The notes under the pieces were generated by a model. That model had not been told where the DNA came from. It saw only the letters and a program-made list of their open reading frames with translations, and ran no database searches. A DNA stretch of 64,000 nucleotides. It comes from the human T2T-CHM13v2.0 reference genome, Homo sapiens. The stretch's first letter is position 1; each line of letters begins with the position of its first letter. The stretch is taken from assembly GCF_009914755.1 (NCBI RefSeq), contig NC_060945.1; one strand, given 5' to 3'. The translations under genes and the position numbers were made by a program. Shown here in pieces: positions 24,831-41,591 of the stretch.

Positions 24831-27059
24831 GGCATAAATTGATAAGGTAAAGTAATTCTTTCCAGGAAATGATATGCATAATTTCTTTTCCTCCTCAGTT
24901 TCCATATTAAAGGAAAAATGATATTCAGACTTTTGTAGCACATCTGTTACTAAGTTTTACAATTAACATTACTGATTTCACATACTGTTGTCAGAAAAAA
25001 TTGTGGGATTTTGAAATGGGGGAAATGTATTACTATGTGGCCTGTCTAGTTCATTTTTCAAGGTATTGTCACGTATTATTGCTTTTTAACTCCTATATAA
25101 TTCTGTAAGTTGAATAAAATTGTTAATAATGCAAATGATTCTAGTCCATAGAAATGAAATAGTTTCTGTCAAGTGGAATGATACTGATTTTTACTCTGCG
25201 TACAGCACTACTTTGCATCTATCTGTGGATTCATTTCAAACTTCCTAACAACCTGTCTAAGTGTTCTCTGAATTATGCTTTGAACCAGTTGTAGCATCTT
25301 AGTGGTCCCCACATTTATTAATGAGTTAAATAAAAATTTTTATATGTGTTGATTTTTTCATTTGTGTAAGAATTGTGACTTTACCTTTTTAAAAATTTAT
25401 CTTAATACTATTATGTTTTATATTGTATCACATTTTAAACGTTTGCCTTCCCTTTCTTTAAGTTCCAGGGAAGCAGCATGCAAGACATAGTGAGAAAAAA
25501 AAAGAAAATAAAAATAGTTGGAGATCAACAGAGATGAGATATTAGGATTGGATTAACCATGAATGATTTCTTTTGAACAGCTGGATAGAGAATTCTGGAC
25601 TTGAACAGTAGATACCTGATGTTTTCTTAATTCATACTGTGGTGCCTCTCAAGTAATAGTCTGCAACCCTGAGCTTCTGCTTGTTAATACTTTATTAGAC
25701 TGCTAATTGTAACTAAGTCTCCAGTTACATAAACTTTGATATCTAAGAATAACATGAGCCCCCCAAAACCACTCCCACATATGAAATGTGAAGTTTATTT
25801 TTTTAATTGTTTATCGTTGACATCTTGCCACCCCAGACACAAAGCTGAGGCCCTCTATGGCATCCGTGTTGTTTCCGTCTCTATTTCTGGATTTGTAGAA
25901 TTGGACAATCACACTTACTTATTATTATGTAGTCTTCTACCTCTTGCTGACCACATTTCCCAGTTTAATAAAAAAGGAACTTGTAGTTTTGTCCCCGAAA
26001 CCCACACTGTATTCTTCCAAGCAATTATGCCACCGCTTACGCAGTTTCCTCTTGCTGGCGCTCTCTTCTCACGCATCCTTCACACCAAAATCATAGGAGG
26101 AAATTTGTCTCTCTCACTAGTGAGAGACATGAGTCTAGTGACATTGGTCTTTTCTAAGCTCTCAGCACTTTTCACAGAAGAGCTCTAGTGCAAAGTTAAA
26201 GCTCAAACACATCTAGTGAGCTGAATTAGAACAAAGAGCTGATGTCACTTGGTATATTAAGGTCATTAGGAGTGGAATAATTATAAGTGAGCTTGAAAGC
26301 AACTTATCTTTTCCACTCTGCTTTTTCTTAGCCAGTGATGGGAGTCAGCCTTCCATTACACTCTCTGTTACCCTCATACAACTTAGGCGTTGACCCACAG
26401 TTACCAGGTGCCTAACTTGACAGCACCCTAAAGGGTGAGTGTGGAGAGGAGCAGAGTGTACATAAAAACTGAAAAATCACAGAGAGAAGGAGAGAAAGAA
26501 GAAAAGCAAAGAGAAAAGGTGAGAGAGGAAAATAAAAAATAGTTGGAGATTAGCAGAGATGAGATATTAAGGGAAGATTATTCATGCAGAAAATGGAGGA
26601 GGCAAAGAATATTTATTTTGTCTGATCCCTGAAATCTGAATCTTCACATTATACTTTGAAAGGTTTAAATATTGAAAGTATTCCAATGTGTTAATTTTCT
26701 CCTTTACTCTCTGCCTCCCTGTCTCAATTGTTTGCATTCCACTTAAAGATTGCATTAGAATGGTGGAGATTCTTCAAGTCACTACAGAACTAGATTCTCT
26801 ATGTCACTGGACACCCCTTCCTTCTATCTTGGGATTGCTGCATTTTAAACATTTCTCTGTGCTCAGATGTCTCCTTGCAAGGCCTGGTGCCTTCCACACT
26901 TGAAGTTATGAGCCTCTAGCTCCCAGGACTTTCTTACTGTCCATGCTACTGTGACCCCTTTAGTTTGTTTTCTCAAATGATTTTTTTTAATCCACATTTT
27001 ACTCATTCCGCATTATTTAAAGATGAATTAGTAGTCCACCTTCAATGCTAATGGCATAA

Positions 27060-27448
<389 letters not shown>

Positions 27449-27457
27449 AACGATACA

Positions 27458-29921
<2,464 letters not shown>

Positions 29922-30737
29922 TTATTTCAATTATTTTATTTAGTTTAAACCTAAAGAAGACTTTATTGACCCATATGATCAAAGCACTTAAAGGATGAAT
30001 AAAGCTGGCTTAAGGTACATGGGAATCAGAGGCTTCTGTGTTGCCAGGAGTTTCTTCCCGTGTTTCCCTTCTCTATTCTTCTAGTTTCTGTGGCGGCAGG
30101 TTTCTATGATCAGAGGATGTGGTTCCCACACTTCCATGCTTAGCCCGTATTGTCTCCATTATAAGAGAAAAGATACCCTCTTTTTTCAGGTTTAATTATA
30201 AAAAGCTTAAGGGAAAGGTGTCAGGGAAAAAAATCAATTAAAGCTCGTGACATATTATTGGAGGAAATGATAATCTTTCAAAGTTGTTTTCCCATTCATG
30301 GAGAGTTGTTATTGAATATTTTATGAAAAAGTTTTAGCTGAACTTTTACACTACCTTTAGCCTCTGAAAGAAATCACTTGCTTAAATTAAAATAAATAGA
30401 GAAGGTCTTATATCTCAGATGTGAATAGCATCCTACAAATATTTATTTTTATTCACACTGTCACAGCTGAGCAGTGGATTCCAAGGATACTGAGGGAGGT
30501 TATAAAATCTAGAACATTGAAAGTAATCTAATTTTAACTGCCACTCAATGCAGAAATCACTGAAAAGTAATATCTTTTTCCTTGTTGATAAACTCAATAA
30601 TCCAAAGAAAACACAAAGGTCATAATAGTTCTATAAATTTATGATTTATAAATATACATTTAAAACAAGCCAAAGTATTTCTCCCTATAACTGTTTCCAT
30701 TACTCACAGTTGTAAACCTTAAGTCTTTCTGTCTTCT

Positions 30738-30788
30738 GTGCTCTCTCTCTCTTTCTCACACACACACAACACAAACACACACACACAC
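30738..30788. repeat. (CT)n(CA)n compound microsatellite
   Basis: Direct inspection. Confidence 0.85.
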
Positions 30789-31280
30789 TGAATAATTAAT
30801 TTTCTCCTATATTTAAACACAACCGTAATGTCCTCCAGTACCTAACATTTCATATTTTCCCTTTTCCATCATAACATTTCAGATTTATTCAAATATTTCA
30901 TAATTTTATATTTAATCACCTAGTTGACATCTTCTGAGAAAACTCTAAATACTCTTTTAAAAATGTAAACAAAAAGCAAATATGATTGTCAGCAAAATGT
31001 GTCTTCCTTGAAAACACACCACCATTATGAGTGTACTCTCAATAATTCTGTTAAGAATCCAACCAGTTTTCATGGCAGAAGACATGCACTTGCTCAGTCT
31101 TTTAGGCACTGGCATGCCCGGAGAATCTCCCCACACACTAGGCCTGATGACATTACCGATGGAAATGGATGTCCAAGGAAAAGACGTCTGGGGGCCTGGA
31201 GCCCCCAAAACAGATCACAAATCAAACTTTGGAAACCAATAAAAGACAAAGAGAACATATTGGAATCAACAGTAAATGAA

Positions 31281-31286
31281 TTTATT
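31281..31286 (-). terminator. Poly(A) signal of KRTAP13-2
   Basis: AATAAA ~270 nt downstream of the stop. Confidence 0.7.
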
Positions 31287-31555
31287 ACGTGAAACAAAAC
31301 TGAACTTCCATATACTTTATAAGATGAACTTACGTGATAACGAATCACTTGTTTCAAAATTATAGACATTTGACTCTATATTTTGCTCATTCATTAATTT
31401 CACAGTCTGAAAGAACTAGCCTGTCCAGCCAGTACTTGATGCCAGAGAAAGGATGAAGAGCTAGTAGTAAGAGGGGTTAGCTCACATTGCTGGAAATGCC
31501 TATGATAACAGCTCTACGTAGAGACTGAGACACTTTGCTTAAAAGGTCTGGAAAT

Positions 31556-32083
31556 TCAGCAAGTTGATCTGCAGAAGGTTGATCCATAGGCTGGTCTGTA
31601 ACAAGGAGACTGGCAGCTCCTAGAAGCCAAGTAGGTTGGGCGGCAGAATCCAGATCCATAGCCGAGGGAAGGGAAGCCACAGCTTCCATAACCCAGGGAT
31701 CTGACACCACTGGACCCACAGCCCACTGAGTAGCAGCTCCTCGATCCATAGCCCAGGGAGCGGCAGCTGCTGGATCCAAAGCCTAGAGACCCAGAGTAAG
31801 TCGTCTTGCAAGGACTGCAGAGCAAGGAGGTTCTGGGGCGGTAGCAGGAGGTCTGGCAGGGGCTGGACTCCACATAGGACGTCTGGCAGCTGGTGGGCTC
31901 CCAGCAGATCTCCTGACAGCCCCTATAGAGAGAGGAACCCAGCTGGCAGGTGCTGGGAGAGCAGAGGTCAGTGCTGTAGACCAGATTGCTGGGGTAGGAA
32001 AAGCCACGTGAGGATGCTGGGTAGCGCAGGTAGTCACCACAGGAGCGGGAGGAGAAGTTTCCAGAGCAGCAGTTGTAGGACAT
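31556..32083 (-). CDS. KRTAP13-2: Keratin-associated protein 13-2 (175 aa, high-sulfur, PMG family)
   Basis: ATG 32083; MSYNCCSGNFSSRSCGDYLRYPASSRGFSYP...YGSTFCRSTC*; intronless, TATA upstream. Confidence 0.93.
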   Translation of the reverse strand: MSYNCCSGNFSSRSCGDYLRYPASSRGFSYPSNLVYSTDLCSPSTCQLGSSLYRGCQEICWEPTSCQTSYVESSPCQTSCYRPRTSLLCSPCKTTYSGSLGFGSSSCRSLGYGSRSCYSVGCGSSGVRSLGYGSCGFPSLGYGSGFCRPTYLASRSCQSPCYRPAYGSTFCRSTC

Positions 32084-32161
32084 GTTGACGGGAGATGTGA
32101 GTTCAGCTGAGTTATAGTGGAAAGATTCTCTGAGTTTGAATGTCATAGTCTGGACTCCAAG

Positions 32162-32188
32162 TTATATATGCTCTTAGACCTGGGTGTG
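32162..32188 (-). promoter_or_regulatory. KRTAP13-2 core promoter: CACACCC (32188-32182) + TATATAA (32168-32162)
   Basis: Motifs ~80 nt upstream of ATG, same layout as KRTAP13-1. Confidence 0.8.
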
Positions 32189-34189
32189 TCCACTGTCTCG
32201 ACACTCCCTTCTCCTTGCTCACTTTTTATTATAAGAATGCTTCCCTAGGTTATTGTTTAATTTATCACATCTTCATATACTTACTTGTACTTTAGTCACT
32301 CTGGAACACTTAGAAGGAAGCCACTCAGTTTTTTTTTTTCCTGGAATTCACTGTGGTTTGACCTTCAATGTTATATGTCATCACATTTATGAGTATCTTG
32401 CCTCTTATTATTTGAGTACAGTGAGTCCTTATTGTACCAAATGGAATTACACAAAATTCTTTCTTTACTTCCCTTAAGTTATCAGGAGCATCAGTGGTTA
32501 CTACTCAAAATAGATTGTCCTTCTTTTTAACACAAGCATATTATTTGTTACCAGAAACGGAGGATTTCTCCAAATACTAACTGTATTCAGTAGCCTCAGC
32601 AATCTGTCAGTTAAACCTTTTACTAGTACCTTAAGAGCTCAGGATCAGAACTGAGGAGTGCAGCATTATGTTGGGTGTCCATATCAGGCATCTTCCTTAA
32701 CAAGAGGCTACTTTAGACAATGCTCACTTAGGAAACAATAAACACAAACTTTTTAGTAAGACTTTAAATTGAAGTTTTTCAGATATTTTCTGATGAACCT
32801 ATCTTGTAGCAAGCACTATTCTATGGTTATGCTCTAAATCAACTCATAAATTTTATTTTGTTTTATGTTTCAATTTTTTTTTCTGGATAAAAGGACAGAT
32901 TCTTAGCTGCAATTATTAATTTATACTTAAACTTTGAGGAATTGTTAACATTTTTCTGAAGCTTTTAACTTGAAGTATTAGAGTTATATGGGTCTTTAAA
33001 CATCCCCTGTTCAACCCATACATGGAAAAATTACCTCTCAGAGAGCTTTAACTTTCCCCTAATTTCTCAGTAAGATAGAAGCAAAATTGAAGCTTTAATT
33101 ATGGTTTTCTTATTCAGAGTCAAGTTGCAAATACCTTGCAAATATAAAAGTAAATTCAACTTTAACTTGTCTCAGAAAAGAAACTATTAAGCTTATTTAT
33201 ACTAAGATATAAAAGCCTAACAAAGCCTTATTTACTTTTCCTAACAATATTCACACTGAATAGTGTTCAACTGGGGAATTCTATGCCTTACTGATCTTCA
33301 TACATTTGAAGTATATTTCACTTCCTAGCCCAAGAAAGAGAAAGAATATTGGTAATCCATGTTTAGATTAATGGGGGGAAGAGGCTTCTTATCTGTGTCT
33401 ATTCTTCTTCTTTTGAATTTGACATTTTATTTGGTTTAACTAAGGGAAATGGCATTCACAATGGTTATCGAAAAGAGAGCCTCTTAACTACCTGAAAATT
33501 AACTTCCTTCATTCCAAAGCACACTGTTTCAGAGCACTTAGTTACTTTGTTTTATGATTATCTCTCCCATGCAGAATCCAAAGTGTGGCATGCATCACAT
33601 GAAGTGCCCTTGTGCAATACTTAAACCATCACTCTGATTCACTGAAGTAAAATAAGCTGTGCTTTATGAATGGACACCTATTAAATTCACCAAAAAGTAT
33701 GCACCACCCCCAACACATGGGATTCCTTATAATGGCAGCTTTTAACACCTTTAAAATGAGAAATATTTTTCTTTTCTTACTACAGGTTGATTCTGCTCAA
33801 AAAAAAGAAAACAAAAAACTTACTAATATCCAAAAGTTCTTGCCTTTCTAGACCAGCTCCCTATGTCTGGGAATAAACACTAAAATAACTTGGGAGTAAG
33901 TCAGTTCCAATTAACAGTCCCTCCACCCATTCCTAATTGGGTTAACACTTTTTATTAGGAGTTATTTGTGCACTTTGTACAAATGCTAATGAACAACTCC
34001 CAAATGCTAATAAATGTGTCCATCTGAAAGGCAGAAAAAGCAGAACAAAACTAGAGTAGCCTTAACAGTTCAAAAGTGGATTCTGGAACTAATAAAATAC
34101 TCTACGTACTCTACATACACAGGCAAAGTATTAGTATAGAAAGAAAAATTCACTATCTTGATATGTCAGGGAAAACGTGATATTGAAAT

Positions 34190-34421
34190 CTTTTCTCTCT
34201 CTCTCCTTCCTTCCTTCCCTCCCTCCCTCTTTCTTTTTCTTTTTCTTTCTTTTCTTTCTCTGCCTCTCTTTCCTTTTCTTTTTCTTTCTTTTCTTTCCCT
34301 CCCTCCCTCTCTCTCTGCCTCCTTCCCTCCCTTTCTCCCTCTCTCTCTTTCTCTGTTTCTCTTTCTTTCTATTTCTTTCTTTCTTTTCTCTTTCTTTCTT
34401 TCTTCTTTCTCTTTTCTCTTT
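34190..34421. repeat. CT-rich polypyrimidine low-complexity tract
   Basis: Direct inspection. Confidence 0.95.
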
Positions 34422-34559
34422 AGAAATTTAGGCATAACAACACTACAGAGAATAAAACTATCATTACAGTACACAGTAGCCACAAGTAGCCTATGATCTG
34501 AATTACTTGAAAAGTGATTGTTTTTCCAAGTTAACATAGTAATGTAGCAGAAGCTTTAA

Positions 34560-34984
<425 letters not shown>

Positions 34985-35163
34985 CCTTTTTACTTTCTGT
35001 TCACTTTTTAATTTTCTGCCTTCTCTAGACCTAGGAGAGGCTTTTATTGTCTGGTCACTAAAGAGTCTTCATAACAGCTGCTTTACACTAGATTTTATTT
35101 TTAAAATTCTCACCCAAGGGGAAATGTATCTATTAAACATTAATGCTAACTATGAAGAACCCA

Positions 35164-35248
35164 CTACTGAGTAAAGGCTTGATGAGAACTCCCTGGACTA
35201 ACCTGTTCATGGTCTCTTCCCAGTCCCCCATGCAAGCCTACCCAGGCC
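35164..35248 (-). ncRNA. MIR4327: microRNA 4327 precursor hairpin (mature GGCUUGCAUGGGGGACUGG at 35238-35220)
   Basis: Reverse complement matches my recollection of the hsa-mir-4327 stem-loop; GGCUUG(C)AUG pairs with CAUCAAGCC; expected position between KRTAP13-2 and KRTAP13-1. Confidence 0.85.
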
Positions 35249-35398
35249 TGTGGCTTTCTCGGAGGTCATCCGGCCTCATTGTTTGAGACTTTTCCAGGCC
35301 CTGGCACCTCCTCTAACTTCACTACAGCTCTTCCTGCTTCAAATTCATCCATTTTATGTCTTCATCATCCATGACTTTCGTTTGAAATAAAAAGGCCA

Positions 35399-35755
<357 letters not shown>

Positions 35756-35867
35756 TTACCCTTGCATTTACTGAAAACAAATAGAAAATTAAAGTAAATT
35801 CTAGAGTCATTTTCTGGATGCCTAAACTCACAATTGTTACCACGTTGTCAGATTTGCGTTCATCTTT

Positions 35868-36222
35868 CTCTTTTTTATTTTAAATGTTTATGGATACATA
35901 ATGTTGCGCATATTAATGGGGTACATGTGATATTTTGATACAGGCACACGATGTGTAATGATCAAATCTGGGTAACTGGCATATCCATCACCTTAAACAT
36001 TTATCATTTTTTTTGTGTTGAGAACATTCCAAATCTACTTTTCTAGTTATTTTGAAATATGCAATACATTATTGTTAACCACAGTTGCTGTACTGTGTTA
36101 CTGAACACTAGATCTTATTCCTCCTATCTAACTATATTTTTGCACCCATTAACCAACACCTCTCTGTCCTTTCTTTCCACTACCCTTGCAAGCCTATGGT
36201 AACCACCATTCTATTCGCTATC
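35868..36222 (-). mobile_element. L1MA 3'-end fragment
   Basis: ggggtacatgtgatattttgatac...gtaatgatcaaatc...cctatggtaaccaccattctattc. Confidence 0.8.
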
Positions 36223-36524
36223 TTACAGAGAGAGACCCCTTGTGGGCCAGTCTCTCAGTCTGATTCTTTTTCATATCTTTCCAAAGGCATCACAATAATG
36301 CATTCGTTTTTGCATAGCATTCCAGGAAATTGTCTATACATATATTTATCGGTTTATACCATTTATTGTTGTTTTAAGTTACAAAAATGCCATCTTATTG
36401 GATACATATATGTATCTGTAGCTTTCTTTTTATATTAAATTTATTTAAATAAAAATATCTAAAACATATCCAAGTTGATATTTATATATTTGTGCATTTA
36501 TTATCACTACAGTAGAACTTTTAA

Positions 36525-36705
36525 ATGTCAGGCACTGTTCTCAGCACTGTATTACAAATATTAACTCAATCCTCATAATAATTCTACATGGTACACACCA
36601 CTTTTATTCTTGTTTTATAGCTGAGGAAGCTGAGACACAAACAGATTGAGTTACTTGCCAAAGCTACCCATGTAGTTAGTAGCAGAGATGAGATTTGAAC
36701 TGCAA
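36525..36705. mobile_element. MIR
   Basis: Core ttttatagctgaggaagctgagacaca...acttgccaaagc...gatttgaac. Confidence 0.75.
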
Positions 36706-37289
36706 TACTGACACCATTGTCAGACTTTATGCAAATAACCATGTTGCTATGATACACACATCTAGTTTATTCCTTGTTACAAATTTATAGAATTCTACTG
36801 TATAAAAATATTTTATTGATATATCGCTCTACCATTCTTGATTTTTTACTATCACAAACCATGTGGCAAGAAATATACTTCTATATAGGCCCTTGCATCT
36901 ACTGTCTAGGGCTTCTGGAACATGTATATTTAGATGCAATTGCTGGACATACATAATTTCAATTCTAGCATGGTAGTTACGATCAAGGCTTTTGGATTCA
37001 GGCTGGCAGAGTTTGAATCCCAGCTCCATCACTTAGCTGTGTAACTCAGACCTGTTTTAGTTTCTCATATTTTGTTATCTTTTAGCCATTATTCTATGGA
37101 GTCATTTGTTCTTTTAAATGTATTTTTAGAGAATTTGTGCATTCTTTTTGTATGCCTTTGTCTTTCATATGTTGCTAATATATTCCTCTGGTCAGTTGTT
37201 TGACTCTTTTGTAAAGTCAGATCTGTGGATACACAGTTCCCATAAAATGAAATGCACCATTTTTAGGAGTACAGTTCAATGGGTTTTTT

Positions 37290-37562
37290 CCTTTCTGTTC
37301 TTTTTTTGGTGGAGGGGGCAAGGGCTTGCTCTGTTGCCCAGGCTGGAGTGCAGTAGTGTGATCATAGCTCACTGTAGCCTCCAACTGCTGAGCTCAAGTC
37401 ATTCTCCTGCCTCAGCCTCCTGAGTGGTTAGGACTATAAGTGCATACCACAACCCCTAGCTATTTTTTTTTCTTTTTTTTTTGTAGAGGCAGATTCTCAC
37501 TGTGTTGTCCAGTTTAGTCTTGAATTCCTGGCCTCATGCAATCTTCCTGCCTTGGCTTCCCA
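37290..37562 (-). mobile_element. Alu (AluJ-like)
   Basis: Diverged Alu consensus. Confidence 0.85.
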
Positions 37563-37965
37563 GTTCAATGAGTTTTGACAAACATATATAGTTATGTAAT
37601 CATCAATTGATTGAGATAGAGTATTTCCATTATTTCTAGAAATTCTCCTGTGCTCCTTTGGATCAATCTGCTTCCCCAATATCTAAATTTCTGTTCCTAT
37701 AGTCTTATTTTTTGAACTGCATGATAAAAGGAATTACACATTACGTTGCCTTCTGTGTTTAACTTCCTTCACAGAGCATAATGCTTTTGAAATTCATCCA
37801 TGTTGTTGCATATTCCAGTAGTTTATTCCCTTTTATTGCCAAGTGGTATTTCATTGTATGTACGCTATACACTAGAAAATGGACATTTAGATGATTTTGA
37901 GTCTGGAGTTACTGTGGATAAAACTGCTATAAACATTCACATACAGATAATTTTGTGGACATATG

Positions 37966-40311
37966 TAATATGGTTTGGCTCTGTGTGCCCATTCAAATCT
38001 CATCTCTAATTATAATCCCCACATGTCAAGGAAGGGACCTGGTGGGAGGTGATTGGATCATGAGGACGGTTTCCGCCATGCTGTTCTGATGATAGTGAGG
38101 GATTTCTCATGAGATCTGATGGTTTTAAAAGTCCCAGTTTCTGCCTGTGTATACTCTCTTTCTCTCCTGCCACCATGTAACATGTGCCTTGCTTCCCCTT
38201 CACCTTCCACCATGATGTAAATTTCCTGGTGCCTCTCCAACCATGAGGAACTATGAGTCAATTAAACCATTTTTCTTTATAAATTACCCAGTCCTAGGTA
38301 GTATCTTCATAGCAGTGTGATAACAGACTAATACAGAGAATTGGTACCAGCAGAGTTGGGTACTGCTATAAAGATAAACTGAAAATGTGGAAGCGACATT
38401 GGAACTGGTAACAGGAGGAGGTTGGAACAGTTTGGAGGGCTTAGAAGAAGACGGGAAGATGTGGGAAAGTTTGGAACTTCCTAGAGACTTGTTGAATGGT
38501 TTTGACCAAAATGCTGATAGTGATATGAACAACGAAGTCCATGCTGAGGTGGTCTCAGATGGAGATGAGGAACTTATAGGGAACTGGAGCAAAGTCACTC
38601 TTGCTATGCTTTAGCAAAGAAACTAGTGGCATTTTTCCCCTGCTTTAGAGACCTGTGAAACTTTGAACTTGAGAGAGATGATTTAAGGTATCCGGTGGAA
38701 GAAATTGCTAAGCAGCAGAACATTCAACATGTGACCTGGCTTATTCTGAAAGCATTCAGTTATGTGTGTTCACAAAGAGATGCTTTGAAATTGGAACTTA
38801 TTTTAAAAAGGAAGCAGAGCATAAAAGTTTGGAAAATTTGCAGCCTGACCATGTGATAGAAAAGGAATACCCATTTTCTGCAGAGGAATTCAAGCTGGCT
38901 GCAGAAATTTGCATAAGCAACGAGGAGCTGAATGTCAATAGCCAAGACAATGGGGAAAATGTCTCAGGGGCATGTCAGAGACATTTACAGGAGCCATTGT
39001 CATCACCGGCCTGGAGGCCTGGGAGGGAAAAATGGCTTCATACATTAGGATCAGGGCTTGGCTGCTCTGTGCAGCTTCAGGACTTGATGCCTTGTGTCCC
39101 AGAAGCTCCAGCTCCAGCCATGGCTGATAGGGGCCAGGGTATAGCTACAGCTGTTGCTTCAGAGGGTGCAAGTCCCAAGCATTGGTGGCTTGCAAGTGGT
39201 ATTGGGCCTGCAGATGTGCAGAAAACAAGAGTTGAGGTTTGGGAACCTCTGTCTAAATTTCAGAGGATATATGTAAATGCTTGGAAGTCCAGACAATAGT
39301 CTGCTGCAGGGGCAGAGCCCTCATGGAGAACCTCTGCTAGGGCAGTGCAGAAGGGAACTGTGGGGTGTGAGCTCCCACACAGAGTCCCCACTGGGGCACT
39401 GTCTGGTGGAGCCATGAGAAGGCCACCATCCTCCAGACCCCAGAAATGTAGATCCACCAACAGCTTGCATTGTGTGTGTGGAAAAGCCACAGACACTCAA
39501 TGCCAGCCTGTGAAAGTAGCCATGAGGACTATAACCTGCAGAGCCACAGGAGAGAAGCTGCCCAAGGCATTAGGAGCCCACCCCTTGCATCAGCGTGTCC
39601 TGGATGTGGGACATGAATTCAAAGGAAATTATTTTGGAGCTTTAATATTTAATGGCTGTGCTACATGGGGCCTGTATCCTTTTTGTTCTGGCCAATTTCT
39701 CCCTCTTGGAATGTGAACATTTACCCAATGCCTGTACCCCCATTGTATCTTGGAAGTAACTAACTTGTTTTTGATTTACAGGCTCATAGGCAGAAAAGGA
39801 CTTGCCTTATCTCAGATGAGACTTTGAACTTGGACTTTGGGGTTAATTCTGGAATAAGTTAAGACTTTGTGTGACTGTTAGGAAGGCATGATTGGTTTTG
39901 AAATGTGAGAAGGACATGAGATTTGGGAGGTGCCAAGGGCAGAATGATATGGTTTGGCCCTGTGGCCCCACCTAAATCTCATCTTGAATTATAATCCCCA
40001 CATGTTGAGGAAGGGGCCTGGTGGGGGGTGATTGGATCATGGGGGGTGGTTTCTACCATGCTGATCTTGTGATAGTGAGGAACTTCTCATGAGATCTGAT
40101 GGTTTTGCAAGTAGTAGGTTCCCTTGTGTGCTCTCTCTCTCTCCTGCCGCCATGTAAGATGTGCCTTGCTTCCCTTTTACCTTCTGCTATGATTGTAAGT
40201 TTCCTGAGGCCTCTTCAGCCATGCAAAACTGAGTCAATTAAATCTTTTTTCTTTATAAATTACCCAATCTCAGGTAGTATCTTTAAGGCAGTATGAAAAC
40301 AGACTAATACA
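37966..40311 (+). mobile_element. Full-length MaLR retroelement (THE1D/MSTA-like): LTR 37966-38335, internal 38336-39944, LTR 39945-40311
   Basis: Two homologous LTRs, internal region with disrupted gag-like ORF pieces (GGWNSLEGLEEDGKMWESLELPRDLLNGFDQNAD), perfect 5-bp TSD ATATG. Confidence 0.95.
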
Positions 40312-40861
40312 ATATGTTTTCAATTTTCTTAGGTAAATACCTATGCATGGGATTACTGGTTTATATGGTAACCACATGTTTAACATTATAAAAAACTGAC
40401 AAACTATATTCCACAGTGGCTATACCATTTTGCATTCCAATAGCAATGTATGAAAATCTCACTTGTTTCACAGTCTCAACCGCACTGTATGTATTATCCT
40501 TATTATTTTGTCTATTCTAGTTGGCATGTAATGGTGTCCCATTGTGGTTTCAATTTGCATTTCTCTAATGAATAATAATATTGAACATTTCCTCATGTGC
40601 TTTTTGCCTCCCATACTTCTCCTTTAGAGGTGTCTGTTCAAATCTTTTGAACATTTTCTATGTGTGTTATCTCATTATAATTATATTCTTACTGTTTTTT
40701 TACACAGAAGACTAAGATTCAAATCCTCTATCAAAGTATATGTTTTTACAATATTTTCTTCCAGTCTGTGACTTTTAATTTCATTTTCTTATTAAAGTCT
40801 TTGAAAACAGATGTTTCTAGTTTGATGAAGACTAATTTAGCTAAAAATCTCTTGGTATATC

Positions 40862-41591
40862 GTGCATCAGGGTGACCTGGATGTGAGACATGGAATCAAA
40901 GGAGATCATTTTGGAGCTTTAAGATTTGACTGCCCAGCTGGATTTCAGACTTGCATAGGGCCTATAGCTTCTTTGTTTTGGACAATTTCTACCATTTGGA
41001 AAAGTTGTATTTACTCAATGTTTGTACCCCCATTGTATCTAGGAAGTAACTAACTTGCTTTTGATTTTACAGGCTCATAGGCATAAGGGACTTGCATTGT
41101 CTCAGATGAGACTTCGGACTGTGGACTTTTGAGTTGATGCTGAAATGAGTTAAGACTTTGGGGAACTGTTGGGAAGGCATGATTGGTTTTGAAATGTGAG
41201 GACATGAGATTTGGGAGGGGCCGGGGTGAAATAATACGGTTTGGCTGTGTTTTCACCAAAATATCATCTGGAATTGTAGCTCCCATAGTTCCTATGTATT
41301 GTGAAAGGGACCCAGTGAGAGATAATTGAATCATCGGGGTGGTTTCCCCCATACTGTTCTCACAGTAGTGAGTAAGTGTCAGGAGATCTGACGGTTTTAT
41401 AAGGCGTTTTCCTTTTTACTTGTCTCTCATTCTGTCTTGCCTGCCTCCATTTAAAACATGCTTTCGCCCTCCATCGTGATTGTGAGGACCCCCACCCACT
41501 TGGAACTGGGAGTCCATTAAACCTCTTTTTCTTTATAAATGACCCAATCTTGGGTATGTCATTATCAGAAGCATGAAAACAGTCTAATACA
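40862..41591 (+). mobile_element. THE1 element, 3' internal fragment + 3' LTR (41232-41591)
   Basis: THE1-int 3' sequence, purine tract, LTR ending ctaataca; no 5' LTR. Confidence 0.9.

Noticed and set aside
25736-26188. 150-aa ORF in intergenic DNA
   Set aside because: Non-ATG start, no recognisable domain, and it overlaps L2-like decayed sequence
38387-39716. ORFs of 75-177 aa inside the MaLR element
   Set aside because: Interrupted remnants of the MaLR internal ORF; no sign of domestication
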